Shown here: one piece after another, positions 24,402 to 36,200 of the stretch
Layout: the number at the start of each line of letters is the position of its first letter
How positions within the stretch are numbered: position 1 is the stretch's first letter
Assembly: GCA_964252035.1 (NCBI GenBank)
Contig: OZ176205.1
Strand: one strand, 5' to 3'
DNA length: 64,000 nt
DNA from: Podarcis erhardii
Lineage: Eukaryota
Translations under genes and position numbers: made by a program
Notes under the pieces: generated by a model
Told to the model about the DNA's origin: nothing
Databases searched by the model: none
What the model saw: the letters and a program-made list of their open reading frames with translations, nothing else

Positions 24402-26450
24402 GTAGGACGACGCCTTCGCCGTGGCCAAGCGAGGGCTTTTCCGCGCCGCCGTCAAAGCACGAACCGCGAACTGCTGCCCCGCAGACCCTCCTCCTTCCTT
24501 ACCGCGCAGCCCAGAACTTCATCGGGCCGTGCCTGAAAGAAAGCGGGAGCGGAGGGTGAAGGCGGCCGGAGCCAGAGGAGCTGCGGGGGGCGCCCGTGCC
24601 CAGCCCAGTTACCCGGCCCAGTAACGCGGGCGGCTGGGTGTGGGAGGAGGTTCAGATCTCCAGGGCGGAGCCGCTTCCAGGCGAAAGAGCCGGAAAGTTT
24701 TGTGTGTGTAAAAAGCGGATGTAGCGAGCTGAAGGCTTTCCTAGCAGATCTCTTGCGCAAGGGCAGACGTTTAAAGGCGCCGTGAAGCAGGGGCGCTTGG
24801 CCAGAGTTTGGGCTGAAGGCGACGGCTGCCCTCCGTTGCGCTCGCGGGGAATAATCGTAGTTAGCCGGGAACTCGCTTCAAGTGCAAGGGCTGCTCCGCC
24901 GCCATTTGCCTCCTGTAGCCGACTTCCCTTCCCTCCCCTCCCCCAAGCCGGCCTCTCTCGCGTGCAGCCAGGTTAGCTGCTCGGCTCCACAGAAAAAAAT
25001 GCAAGCTGTCCCCTCGAGCCAAGTTCCCCCCGCCGACCCCCCGAAGTGACACTTGCGCAACGGGCTGGTTATGCAAACTCGCCCACCCCCCAGGGCAGGG
25101 AAACCGGCTGCGATTGGCGCTCCTCGCATGCCGCTTCCATGCCCGCAGCGGATCAGGGCCGTGGAGCTCTGCCGAGGATGCCGCGCCTCGGCTGCAGCAA
25201 GCGCCGCCTCCGCCCGCCGAGCTCGGTGCGGAGGGCGGCGCTCAGCATCTTCGCAGGAGCCGCCGAGCCCGGCAGGCCTCGGAGGGGGAGGAGCCAAGCG
25301 TTTCGGAATCTGGTCCATTGTGCCAAGTTGGCCTGTGTTTAAATGCGGGGGGGGGGGGGGCTGTCTGCGCTCCCTGCCCTGCCACCGCCGTTTGCTTGGC
25401 CCGACGGCGCGGTCGAGGCTGGTCTTGAGGCAGACAGCTTCCGGTAGAAGCGAACTCCTGGAAAAGGGGTCTGTCTGTCTGGCTGGTTGCTTGTTGCGGA
25501 GAGGAACCGAGAGCCTTTAAAGCTCAGTGCACAAGCTAGCTCGAGAGACACTTGCATGTCAAATCCGTTGATTTCCATCAGTATCTTTCAATACATTTCT
25601 GTGGTCTTGTGGGATCCAGTCGCCTCGGTTTAACCCGATTGTGTCGCCGACTTTACATTTCATTTAACCCTTTGGCGTTTTCTTCGAAACCCAGGAAGAA
25701 TGCCGCAATTGCTTTTGCCCCTTGGGAACAGCAAGCCCGGTAGTGTCTAGAATCCCGTTTCTGCCATCGGGCTGATAAGATCAGGATCAAGAAGGGGCGT
25801 ATGTTCGAAATCGCGTTAACACACCTCACTTTTAACAATCGGATGACTAACCGATGGTGATATCGCCCCCTCTGTAATGCAAACTGTACTTCCAGGTAGG
25901 AGGGTGCTAGTGAGGAATGGAACCCGGGGTGGTAGTTATTCTGGATTAATTATTGCTCGTGGGGCGTGATCTCGTGCGTGTGGCCTTCACGGTGCAAGGA
26001 GCCCAAACGCCCCGCACTAGAGGCGGGGTTTGTGAGCCTGAGACTGAAGCAAGGTGGGGGGAGGGCAGCGGTCTGGGCTGCCTGCAAGGAAACCAGCCGA
26101 TCCAGGGATCCCCTGGTGCCTGTTCCCTCGGAAGCAAATCCCCCCGATTCCAATGAGACCGACTCCCAAGTAACAGCGGACAGGGATCGCAGGCCTTGCC
26201 TTTCATTCAGCACCCCCACTGACGAATCGGGGAGCAGACAAGGTGCGCTCTAGCGCAGGATCCGACCTCGATCCTCGGCTTAGGAAGGCGCGGGGGGGGG
26301 GGGGCGTCTTTGTCCACCCCTGGTCTGGGAGGACCACACTCCATCCATCAGCGGCAAGAGGCGTGGCCTAGCTTAGTCCCCGCCTCTTTCTTGAGCACGG
26401 CAGCAGCGCCGGTTCCGAGACTTCGGTGGAGCTTCCAGGAGGCAGCAAAA

Positions 26451-26529
26451 ATGTCATCTGGTGCTGGGCCCCCCAAGAGCGGATCCCCGCTGAGGAAGCG
26501 GGCCAGTCTTCAGGCTCCCATCACAGGAG
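26451..26529 (+). CDS. AMPD2: AMPD2 exon 2 coding part (alternative N-terminus)
   Basis: MSSGAGPPKSGSPLRKRASLQAPITG, homologous to human [24 protein letters not shown]; donor G|gtgagc, phase 1. Confidence 0.88.
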
Positions 26530-28504
26530 GTGAGCAGGGCGTGGTACTGTCTCCTTAGCCACTAGATGCTGCTATCAAAAGAGAGAGAAGCTGGGAAAAT
26601 AGCAGTCCTGGAATGGAAACGACTCCTTTTCCTTCCGAGTCCAGCCCCCATTCCTTCACTCTATACTGTTTTTCGGTTATGTGTTTTTTCATCTTTAAGC
26701 AGACGATTGCCCCTTTAGGCTGTTTGTTGACCATGATAGGGAGACAAGAGCATCATCCTGTGCTTTTTTTGCTCAGAAACAAGTCCCGCTAAGCATGCAT
26801 AGGATTGTGTGAGAATTCAGGGACCAGAGAGGCATGAAGAGTACACGCGTTTTGAGGCATAAAATGGCAAATCTTTCAAAGAGCTTCAGCATCCATGTGC
26901 CACCCTTTCTGTGTGTTGTGGAGCCCCGTTCTATTGAGTGGAGCAGAAATTTGGATAGCCAAATGCTTGGTAGTTGGATTAGGGAGGAGGAACATCTTTG
27001 ACTATCTGTACAGTGGAGACTAGAGGTGTTAGAATGCTGGATTTAAAGCTGTTGTTGATTAGGATAATATAGTTATACTCTGTGTTTGTTTGTTTGTTGG
27101 GTTTGGGTGTTTTGTTTTGTTTTTGTTATTCTGTATACAAGCCTTTGGAAGGCAGCAATACCTGGGATTCCTTCTAATTATGTTTTAGATTTTTTATTAC
27201 AACTGACAGGGGGAAAGGCATTTAGATCTGCCCCCTTCCCACCAGATGCACCAGCTAAGGGGAGGATGTTTTGATTGCCCACAAAAAACATAGTAAGAAC
27301 TGTGAATTTCCTGTGTAATACAACACATCTGAAAGATATCTTGCCTCACCTTTCCTAGTTCCTTAGATTCAGGCTTACTTTTAATCACAGCTTGCCAGAA
27401 ATGTGGTGTGGTGTGGTGTGGTGAATGCAAAATAGTAATGCTCAATTTTCTTCTGAGCATGTGCAGAGAGCATGCCATTTCTAGTGAGCCACCTCCAGCC
27501 AGCTGGAACATGGAGTATGGCTAGGTATGTGTAAACCCTGGATCCCCTTTTCTGAGAAGTTCAGCACTGTCTGTATTTTTCCTTTCTTGGCTTCTACCTT
27601 GTTGCTTAATTTGAGGTAAGTGGACCAGTATCTGCAGTGCTTTACAGGTTATTTGTGAGAACTGGAGAGAAGGTATATTCCCAAGTTTGACAGTTTTACT
27701 TTGAGTATTTTACCTCTTGGGTTAGATATGTCTTTTGTAGGAAGCATGGGAGTCTTTGCGCATAAAAAGCACACCCTCCTTCATGTGGGAGTACATCTGC
27801 AGTGTGTGGGTATGTAGGAACTGCAACTGCAGGATAGGGTACGTGGCATTCGCTCCTACTGAAGCAGGCTGCTGCTCCATATGGCTGTCTTTCTTGTATC
27901 CTTATGAGCTCCTGGGCTCTCTTCATTTGGAGCTATGAGTGCCCAGGAGCTGATATAGAACATACATATAGTGTAGCTATCCAATATGTGCATACAGATT
28001 GCTGTTGATGAGTTAGATAAGCTTGTGATGTGCATATGCATGGAGGTATATATTTTTGAGAATGGGAATCATGTTAATGATAAGGTGCCTGAATTGAATG
28101 GCTGCTTGTTGATAAAAGAAAAATTTGCACATTGTTTCCTTCCTTTTGTTTGTTTTATATTCCTTAAATGTCTACCATCTAGATTGCCTAGGCCTGCAAA
28201 CATTGGACACTTTGGAATTATTGCAGGCACTTCATAGTCTTTCCTTTATTTAGGCTGGAGGCAAGGGCCATGAATGGGGTTTTTGCCTCAAAAAACTATA
28301 CAGTAATGCTTTCCCTAAAATACAGCTTTCCTAGTAGCCCGGGTCTTAATTCTTCCTAAGGACTCTTTTTTCTTTTACTGGCCCTCGACTGAGCATTTGT
28401 GGCCAGTAACATAATAATTAATAATGCTGTTCTAGGCTGTTCCTTTTATTCCCCACTTGCTTCTCACCATGAGGTTTTGGTTACCCACGCACATAATGAA
28501 AATA

Positions 28505-28685
28505 GCAAGAGCTTCCATTGGGGAGCCCTTGCTTTGCATGTAGAAATTCCCAGGTTCAGTCCCCTGCTAGAGCTGGGAAAGACTGTTAGTCTGAAACCCT
28601 GGAGAGCTGCCAGTCAGTGTTGACAGTATTGGGTTGGATGGACCAGTGTCCTGACTTGGTGTAAGGCAGTTTCCGATGTTTCTTG
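28505..28685 (+). mobile_element. tRNA-Ala-derived SINE, degenerate (related copies near 2440-2630 minus, 40869-41062 plus, 61500-61690 plus)
   Basis: Shared body ctgaaaccctggagagctgccagtcagtgt...gatggacc...taaggcag. Confidence 0.6.
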
Positions 28686-29034
28686 GGTTTGCCTTCTATC
28701 CCCATTCCTGTAGTAAATGGACATCCCGATTCTATAGAATTCCTCTGCAATGTTAAGAAGACAGACTAGCCTGGAGAGCTGTCCATCCCAGTGTTGCAGC
28801 TGAGGTGGCTTCATCCATTCTCCATCAGACACTACTGCTATTGCTACTGAAAGGAGGACAGATCTAGGATTTGTTTTTAAGAAAATCTTTGTAGCTTGCC
28901 TTTGCTGTACTGTATATTAATTAAGAAAACTCCCGGTATATCATACACCAGCACATGAGAGAGTAAGCTTTGGTGTCTTCCTTTCACTGCTTATGTGATG
29001 GTGACATTAACAATCTGAGTTATCCCACATATAA

Positions 29035-29270
29035 ATGTAAGAAGAGGGCGCTCATCTAGTCCAGCATCCTGTTCTCACAGCGGCCAACCAGATGCTTATG
29101 GGAAGCCAACAAGCAGGACCTGAGTGTAACAGCACTCTCCCCTATTGTCAGTTCCCGCAACTGGTATTCTGAGGCATGTTGCCTCTGCTAGCAGAAGTGG
29201 AACATACCCCTGATGGCTAGTAGCCATTGATAGCCTTCTCCTCCATGAAGTTGTCTAACCGTTCTTTGAA
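29035..29270 (-). mobile_element. CR1 3' UTR fragment (another, plus strand, near 14640-14760)
   Basis: catctagtccagcatcctgttctcacag...ggccaaccagatg and ccattgatagcctt...ccatgaa parallel the CR1 end at 11700-11920. Confidence 0.65.
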
Positions 29271-29344
29271 AAACATCTGTAGTCAGAAGTGTGTTGGGAC
29301 TGGCTTCTGTCACATCGTTCTCTGTACGGTGCAGATAGTTTTTT

Positions 29345-29694
29345 AAGGTAAAGGGACCCCTGACCATTAGGTCCAGTCGTGGCTGACTCTGGGGTTGCAG
29401 CGCTCATCTTGCTTTACTGGCCGAGGGAGCCGGCGTACAGCTTCCGGGTCATGTGGCCAGCATGACTAAGCCGCTTCTGGCGAGCCAGAGCAGCGCACGG
29501 AAACGCTGTTTACCTTCCTGCCAGAGCGGTACCTATTTATCTACTTGCACTTTGTTGTGCTTTCAAACTGCTAGGTTGGCAGGAGCAGGGGCCAAGCAAC
29601 GGGAGCTCACGCCATTGCGGGGATTCGAACCGCCAACCTTCTGATCGGCAAGCCCTAGGCTCTGTGGTTTAACCCACAGCACCACCCGTGTCCC
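29345..29694 (-). mobile_element. Sauria SINE, full length
   Basis: Minus strand reads gggacacgggtggtgctgtgggttaaaccacag (tRNA-like head) through to the ttacctt tail; flanked by atagttttt(t)aag on both sides. Confidence 0.9.
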
Positions 29695-32444
29695 TGCCAA
29701 TAGTTTTTAAGCTGACACAAAACACTTCGTTACATTACACCAGCCTGTCTGAGTGCAAATCAAATGATTTTGTCGGTGCTCTTCAGAGTGTGAGATAGTC
29801 ATTGCATCTTTTTCTGCCCTACCTTTGTTTCAAGGGTATGTGTGTGTGTGGGCAGAATCTCTAGGCCCTTTGAGCATTTGTGGAAGTAAGCTCTGTTCTC
29901 TAGTGCTTGAGGAAATATCATTATTACCACATTGCAACTGGAAGTAAAATACTTCTGCACAGCCAAGACCATTGTTAAGTGACAGCGAGGCGTGCCTGGC
30001 TGCTTAGGGTGTCACATTTTAAAAACAGCTCGCAAAATGCCCGACGTGATTTCAGTTATTTTCTCATCTGTAATGGTACCCTTACAATTCCAGTCCCCCC
30101 CGCCCCCTCATAGGAGGAATAATAGCAGGGCTGTGTATGGTGTTGTGCACGTCTATAAAATTGTCACACAAGCACAAGATCTGATAGAAGGTGCAAATCC
30201 TGATTTGCCGATGACCTTAGTTTTCACTTTAATTTTTTAAAAAGCCTGGTTTTTTAGCCTAGGCCTGGAGACATTCCAGATGTTGCTGGGCCACAGCTCC
30301 TGTCATCCCTGAGTCTGACAGCTGTCGAGGCCAAATGGAATGGTGGGAGATGGAGTCTAGCAACATCTGGAGGGTCACAGGGTCCCTATTCCTGCTTCAG
30401 GATTTCCAGTTTCAAGGAGTTGGTACTTTAGTGCCCTAAACAGCTTTGCATCATTTCCTCCTTATTTTGTTTCAATACCCTTCATTTCTCACAGCATTTG
30501 TCCCCCCATCAGTCTTCAGAAACATCATTTTGGGATTCAGACCACAGTGTTCAAACTGAGCAAAACGGTTCACATTTCCATATATTTTAATTGCAGCGGT
30601 TGGCTTTCCTAGGTTATTCTAGTGTAGAATTTGGAATCTTTTTTAAAAAAAACCAACAGAAGTGCATACAGCCCTTGGACGTAACTGTGTAGTAAAGTCT
30701 GTGCAGCACAACTGCTGTCCCTGTCCCCAGGCTCAATCTTTTTTATCCATCAGTGAAACTTAATTGCATTCACTTTGGAGCAATTTGGGAATTGTCCTGT
30801 CCTTGACTTGTCCAGGATCACATAGAAACAGGGCACGGCAAAGGTTTGCATTCAAATCTGCTGAGTCTTTCACTCTAACCACTGCAGTCAGCTTTCCTTT
30901 GTTAAATGACCCACCTTTGTCCCCTAAAGCTGTGAGGTAGTGGAGCCCTGTGCATGTACGGGACAGATGGTTTTGTTGTTGCTGTTCTCTTGTTTTCCTT
31001 ACTGTAATAATATTTGTTCTTTGGGAGGAAAGGATGAAATACAAGGAAAATAAACTTACTACTGTTGTTGTTTTTTGAGATACATGTTATTTTGAAAAGT
31101 ATAGGGAATATTGGAGAAACAGGATGGAAGGGTTATAGCTGCCCACAAATATATATAGCGAGAGAGAGAAAGAGAGAGCGTGTACTTATAACCAGCAAAA
31201 TTAGAGCTTGATAGAGATCTCCTAGTCACTATTTACAGTACCTTTAAGTCTATGTATCTGAGGCAACAGGGAAATGTTAAATAACAAACTGATCATGCCT
31301 CTTGCCTTAGTTTCCTTTGGGCAGGCAGAATATTTTGAGAATCTCATTTTTTAAAAAAAATAATAATACAAATAATATTGACTAGTCCTCTTGGGAGAAA
31401 ATCCTGAGAACATAATCATATTTACTCTTGTGGTCCTCATGGGAGTAAAATTCCTAGAACAGGATGATCATACTGTGTGACCTAAAAACATTTCTCAAAA
31501 GCAAATATTACAGTCACATAACAACCAGGGGATGCTTCTTTAGCTATGAATCCTGGTGGTAATAACCTCAGGCTAAACAGTGGAGAAGAGGACTGACGTG
31601 CAGAAGGTGAGAATCTTCCCCAGGCTTCAAATGAGAAGTGACTGCTAGAAAAGATGAGACAAGTTGGGGACCAAACTTATTAGAGGTTGCTAATAAGGCC
31701 CTCGGAAATAAGGTAATGGGGATGCAAGAGGAGATGCCTTGGCATATTGAGGTCCAAGGGCAGACCAAGGAAGGATTTGGGGGTTCCAAGCATGGGATTG
31801 TGAGTGGTGGTACAGCAGTCAAAGGCAGGAAATGGAGGGAAATGTGTGTTTTAAAAGAACATTTCATGCCATGTGGAGGGATCTGGGAAGTGTGGGGTTC
31901 CTCTTTCAGCTTATTTATGTGTGTGAGAGGGAGCATTTCAAAATTACTCTATTGCTAAATGTGCAGTAAAAGGATGGCAATGCTGCTTTTGTATTCCTTA
32001 GAAATCTTACAGCGCAGTTCTGTTGTGCAGCAACGTTAAGTTGAATTCTAACCTTTTGTGAGTGAATTTCCTGATGTTTCCTCCACCCGTTTTTGTCTTT
32101 TTAAAATTCATTTAAAACTGTTTTAAGCTGCCTTTCCATAACTCAAAGCAGCTCACAGCGAATATTAAAATATAGTAAAAATGAGCAAAACATTATAATA
32201 GTGAAGAACAGGGGTTGTATAGAAAAATAACAGTGAACTATCTATTGAAATTAAAAACTAGGTGAAAGAGGTATTGCCTTGGCACCAGTCCTTTTTCAAA
32301 TAGAAAAACAGGTGCTGGTAGTCACCATGAAGTTGTTGCAGTAAGTGCCACACTTTTAACATTTGGGGGAAACGTGCTGGTTCTGCATACCATTGAGTAC
32401 CCCCAGAAAAAGCACTGCTTTGCACCCTTCCTAAAAGCCAGTAA

Positions 32445-32688
32445 AGAAGAGTTTGGATTTGATATCCCACCTTTCACTCCCCTTCAGGAGTCTCAAAGCG
32501 GCTAACATTCTCCTTTCCCTTCCTCCCCCACAACAAACACTCTGTGAGGTGAGTGGGGCTGAGAGACTTCAGAGAAGTGTGACTGGCCCAAGGTCGCCCA
32601 GCAGCTGCATGTGGAGGAGCGGGGAATTGAACCCGGCTCCCCAGATTATGAGACTACCGCTCTTAACCACTACACCACACTGGCTCTC
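32445..32688 (-). mobile_element. tRNA-headed MIR/Ther1-related SINE (Squam3-like)
   Basis: Minus strand: gagagccagtgtggtgtagtggttaagagcgg (A box), gggttcaattcccc (B box), gaccttgggccagtcac core, ctctt tail. Family name is from memory of the consensus. Confidence 0.75.
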
Positions 32689-33524
32689 AAGAGGAGCGTT
32701 TTCTGCTGCAATGGAGTAACATATGTAAAGCCCTTGACCTCTTGCTTTTAACCACAGTACAGAAAATGGGGACTACTAAGAAGCAAAGCCACATGGAGCA
32801 AGCATATAGTTGTTCATTGTTTAGCAGGGTATTTTAGTTATTGTTGAGTCACTACTGGTCAGTTGAGTTTGTGCTCTCTATTTTTAGTTCTGTAGCAGTT
32901 AAAAAGTGTCCCCCCCCCCCCCCCGCTGTCCAACTAATTCAGGTAAAAATAAATAAATGAAACTCGAGTAATAAACCTATAAATAGTCATGGATACACAA
33001 TAGCCTGTGGTCTAAGCCAGATGTTGAAGAGCTGCTGTTTGGAAGAAGAATTCTCTCTAGGTTGTGGTGACAAAACCACTGAACCAGCCTTGCAAATAAG
33101 CCCACAAAAGTTACTAGCCTGCAAAATGTTTCGAGCTTGCAGGTGGGAATGATGGAAAGCTCCCCTTCTTCTCCAGGAGCCCACTACATTTCTATGCTAA
33201 GTGTGGCAGAATAGAGTGCAACTCCAGTGTGTGCCTCTTGTTAACTCTCCCTCTGTTACTCTCAGCAGATGTACAAAGCACAGCACAGTTTTCATTTCCC
33301 AGTGAAATGTTGGAAACTCCTGCAGAATGTGCACCTTGCGTCAGTTGTGTGATCTGAGAAAATTGTCTTGAGCAGAAGATTTTAAGAGGGAGGCAAAGAA
33401 TGCCAGATCCTTTTGATTAAAAAATCAGAATTATATTTCCAGAGGTCTAGGCTGCCTGCCCTCCTTTTGTATGCATGACTGCAACCCTCTTTAGGCTGCT
33501 GCCATAGGGTTTAGCTATCTAGCC

Positions 33525-33777
33525 CAGGGGTCAGCAACCTTTTTCAGCCATGGGCCGGTCCACCGTCCCTCAGACCATGTAGTGCGCTGGACTATATTTG
33601 GGGGTGGGGAAAATGAACAAATTCCTATGCCCCAAAAATAACCCAGAGGTGCATTTTAAATAAAGGTACACATTCTACTCATGTAAAAACATTCTGATTC
33701 CCAGACAGTTCTGCGGGCCGGATTTAGAAGGCGATTGGGCCACATCCGGCCCCCAGGCCTTAGGTTGCCTTCCCCTG
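33525..33777. mobile_element. hAT (Charlie-like) non-autonomous element
   Basis: TIRs caggggtcagcaacct and aggttgccttcccctg; exact 8-bp TSD atctagcc at 33517-33524 and 33778-33785. Confidence 0.9.
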
Positions 33778-33921
33778 ATCTAGCCTAACCACCTGCTTGA
33801 TGCAGGAAGTCCAAAGCTATAGTATTTCCAACAGAAGAGAAAACCTAGGCTTACTGAAATAGGGTTACTAGGGAGTAGCATCCATATAAAATAGTGAGCC
33901 TTACTTCTAAGTAAATATTTA

Positions 33922-34163
33922 CAGTGGTACCTCGGGTTACAGACGCTTCAGGTTACATATGCTTCAGGTTACAGACTCCGCTAACCCAGAAATAGTACCT
34001 AAGGTTAAGAACTTTGCTTCAGGATGAGAACAGAAATCGTGTTCTGGTGGCGTGGCGGCAGCGGGAGGCCCCATTAGCTGAAGTGGTGCTTCAGGTTAAG
34101 AACAGTTTCAGGTTAAGAACGGACCTCTGGAACGAATTAAGTACTTAACCCGAGGTACCACTG
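33922..34163. mobile_element. Same MITE, copy 3 (extra right-end fragment at about 34209-34267)
   Basis: TIRs intact; TA at 33920-33921 and 34164-34165. Confidence 0.9.
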
Positions 34164-34888
34164 TATAGGATTGCTGCTTAGGTTAGCCCGAGCTATTTCA
34201 GAGGTATTGTTTCAGGTTAAGAACGGACCTCCAGAACAAATTAAGTACTTAACCTGAGGTACCACTGTATAGGCTTACACTGTTATTGTCTTTTGTCCTG
34301 TGTGGGATGTTTTTTATTTTCCATTTATAAAATTATTTCCATGACAACAGGCTAAAACCTGCAGGCAGAGTTGAGGATTGAAGCTGGGTCTTCTGTCCTA
34401 AGGCCACTCACAAGTCCACCTGATAGACCAGCAGGATCTTAGCTTTTTCTCTCCTCCACCATCTTTATTTACACCTAGATAATGACAGCCATATGCATTC
34501 GCTGGATTTGTGCTGTTCTAGTGCACAGAAGTGTTTTGTGAATCTCACTGAATACTCAGTACAGTACAGTGTTTTCTATAGTATTTTGATTTTTGTTCTC
34601 CTTGGATGATAAGAACTAATTGTTTACATTTTGTTTACATTCTGTCTTAGATCTTGCTTAACTTTCAGTCATATTGCACATACGCTTCTTATTTGCCGGC
34701 TGTGACTTTGTTGTCAAATCAAAACCAAGTAATAATTCCAAATTTTACTAAGCAACAACAACAACAACTGTGGAAAAGGCATCATTTATGCAGCTTCCAT
34801 CATTTCTCCGGGGATTTATTTTGTCATCTGCACAATGCAAGTAATCCAGAAACAGGCGACTAATGTTTGACAGAGGGAGTTAAATGCC

Positions 34889-34934
34889 TCTTCCTCCTCC
34901 TCCTCCTCCTCCTCTTCCTCCTCCTCCTCCTCCC
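34889..34934. repeat. (CCT)n microsatellite
   Basis: Directly visible. Confidence 0.9.
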
Positions 34935-35340
34935 TGGCCCACAGACTTATTATTCAGTGTACTTCTGTTGCTTCCAAGCATCTGGCTCTAAGGCTGTTTT
35001 TGTCAAGCTGCTGAAATTCATCCAACAGTCATTCCCACTCCAGTACAAATACTAACACTGAGTATAAGGTCTGTGTAAATATATCCCCATGCTTCATATT
35101 TCTCTTATTTGCCTTGCAACCCCAATAACTGATATATATTATTTATTATTGAAAATACAGGTGTTTCTCACCTGTGGACATAACAATATTGATAGGAAAA
35201 AGGTATTAGCCATTCTATTTTGAAAGGGATTGATGCCAGTCTTTAGGTGTCAATCTCCTCAAAGGCTTGGCTGCTGATCTGTAGTTCTCCACACACACCC
35301 CATATTCATTTGAAAGAAAGCTATATACCTACAAAAATAA

Positions 35341-35704
35341 GTAAAGGTAAAGGTACCCCTGCCCGTACGGGCCAGTCGTGTCTGACTCTAGGGTTGTGCG
35401 CCCATCTCACTTAAGAGGCCGGGGGCCAGCACTGTCCGGAGACACTTCTGGGTCACGTGGCCAGCGTGACGAAGCTGCTCTGGCGAGCCATCACCAGCGC
35501 AGCACACGGAAACGCCGTTTACCTTCCCACTATAAAGTGGTACCTATTTATCTACTTGCACTTAGGGGTGCTTTCGAACTGCTAGGTGGGCAGGAGCTGG
35601 GACTGAAAGACGGGAGCTCACCCCACCGCGGGGATTCGAACCGCTGACCATGCGATCGGAAAGCCCTAGGCACTGAGGTTTTACCCACAGCGCCACCCGC
35701 GTCC
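35341..35704 (-). mobile_element. Sauria SINE, full length, different subfamily, 11-bp TSD
   Basis: Same architecture with a diverged middle; ctacaaaaata at 35329-35339 and 35710-35720. Confidence 0.88.
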
Positions 35705-35889
35705 ACCCACTACAAAAATAGTTTTATTTTATTTAGGAAAGCAATACAAAACTGCTTAATTAAGGAAAATATTTAAGCTGTGTATAATAAAATAATTGTC
35801 AACAATACACCGATAAGAGCAGCATTTTTGTTTTTATTTTAGAAACAAGTGCATACACAACACTATATCTGGGTAGGCTTGCTGAAACA

Positions 35890-36200
35890 AAGAAACTAGC
35901 TGGTGTGTGAAATGGTATAGTGAGGGTGCCTACCTAATGTCAATAGGCAGGGAGTTCCACAGGTGCTGCCACAGTGAAAGGCTGACTCCTCCCAGATCTG
36001 GAAATAATGAAGTTTACCTCCATGGGTTTCAAAACCCAGTTTTGAGCAGTTCAGCCTGGAGCTTGCCTCTGGGGATTTGGGGCTTGGCTGCTCTAGTGCC
36101 ATCCCTGAAAACGCATTTCACTTAAGGGCTTTGTGAGCAAGTACCGCATTGGGTTGGATCTTTGTGAGCAAGTACCGCATTGGGTTGGATTTGGCTCTCT
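35890..36200 (-). mobile_element. Degenerate L2-type fragment
   Basis: ggcagggagttccacagg...gccacagtgaaaggc and ttaagggctttg motifs parallel the L2 copy at 18140-18340. Confidence 0.5.

Larger units (their letters stand above)
23870..26560. promoter_or_regulatory. AMPD2: CpG island and AMPD2 promoter region
   Basis: Dense CpG against a CpG-poor background. GC box GGGGCGGGGC 24008-24017, YY1-like GAGATGGCGGC 23935-23945, ETS CAGGAAGTG 24241-24249, TTATATAA 24099-24106, CCAAT (ATTGG) 25113-25117; upstream CACGTGAC at 23340-23347. Confidence 0.9.

Noticed and set aside
23699-26253. Many overlapping 60-160 aa ORFs on both strands
   Set aside because: Ala/Gly/Arg/Pro-rich frames are expected from stop-codon depletion in a CpG island; none resembles a known protein.
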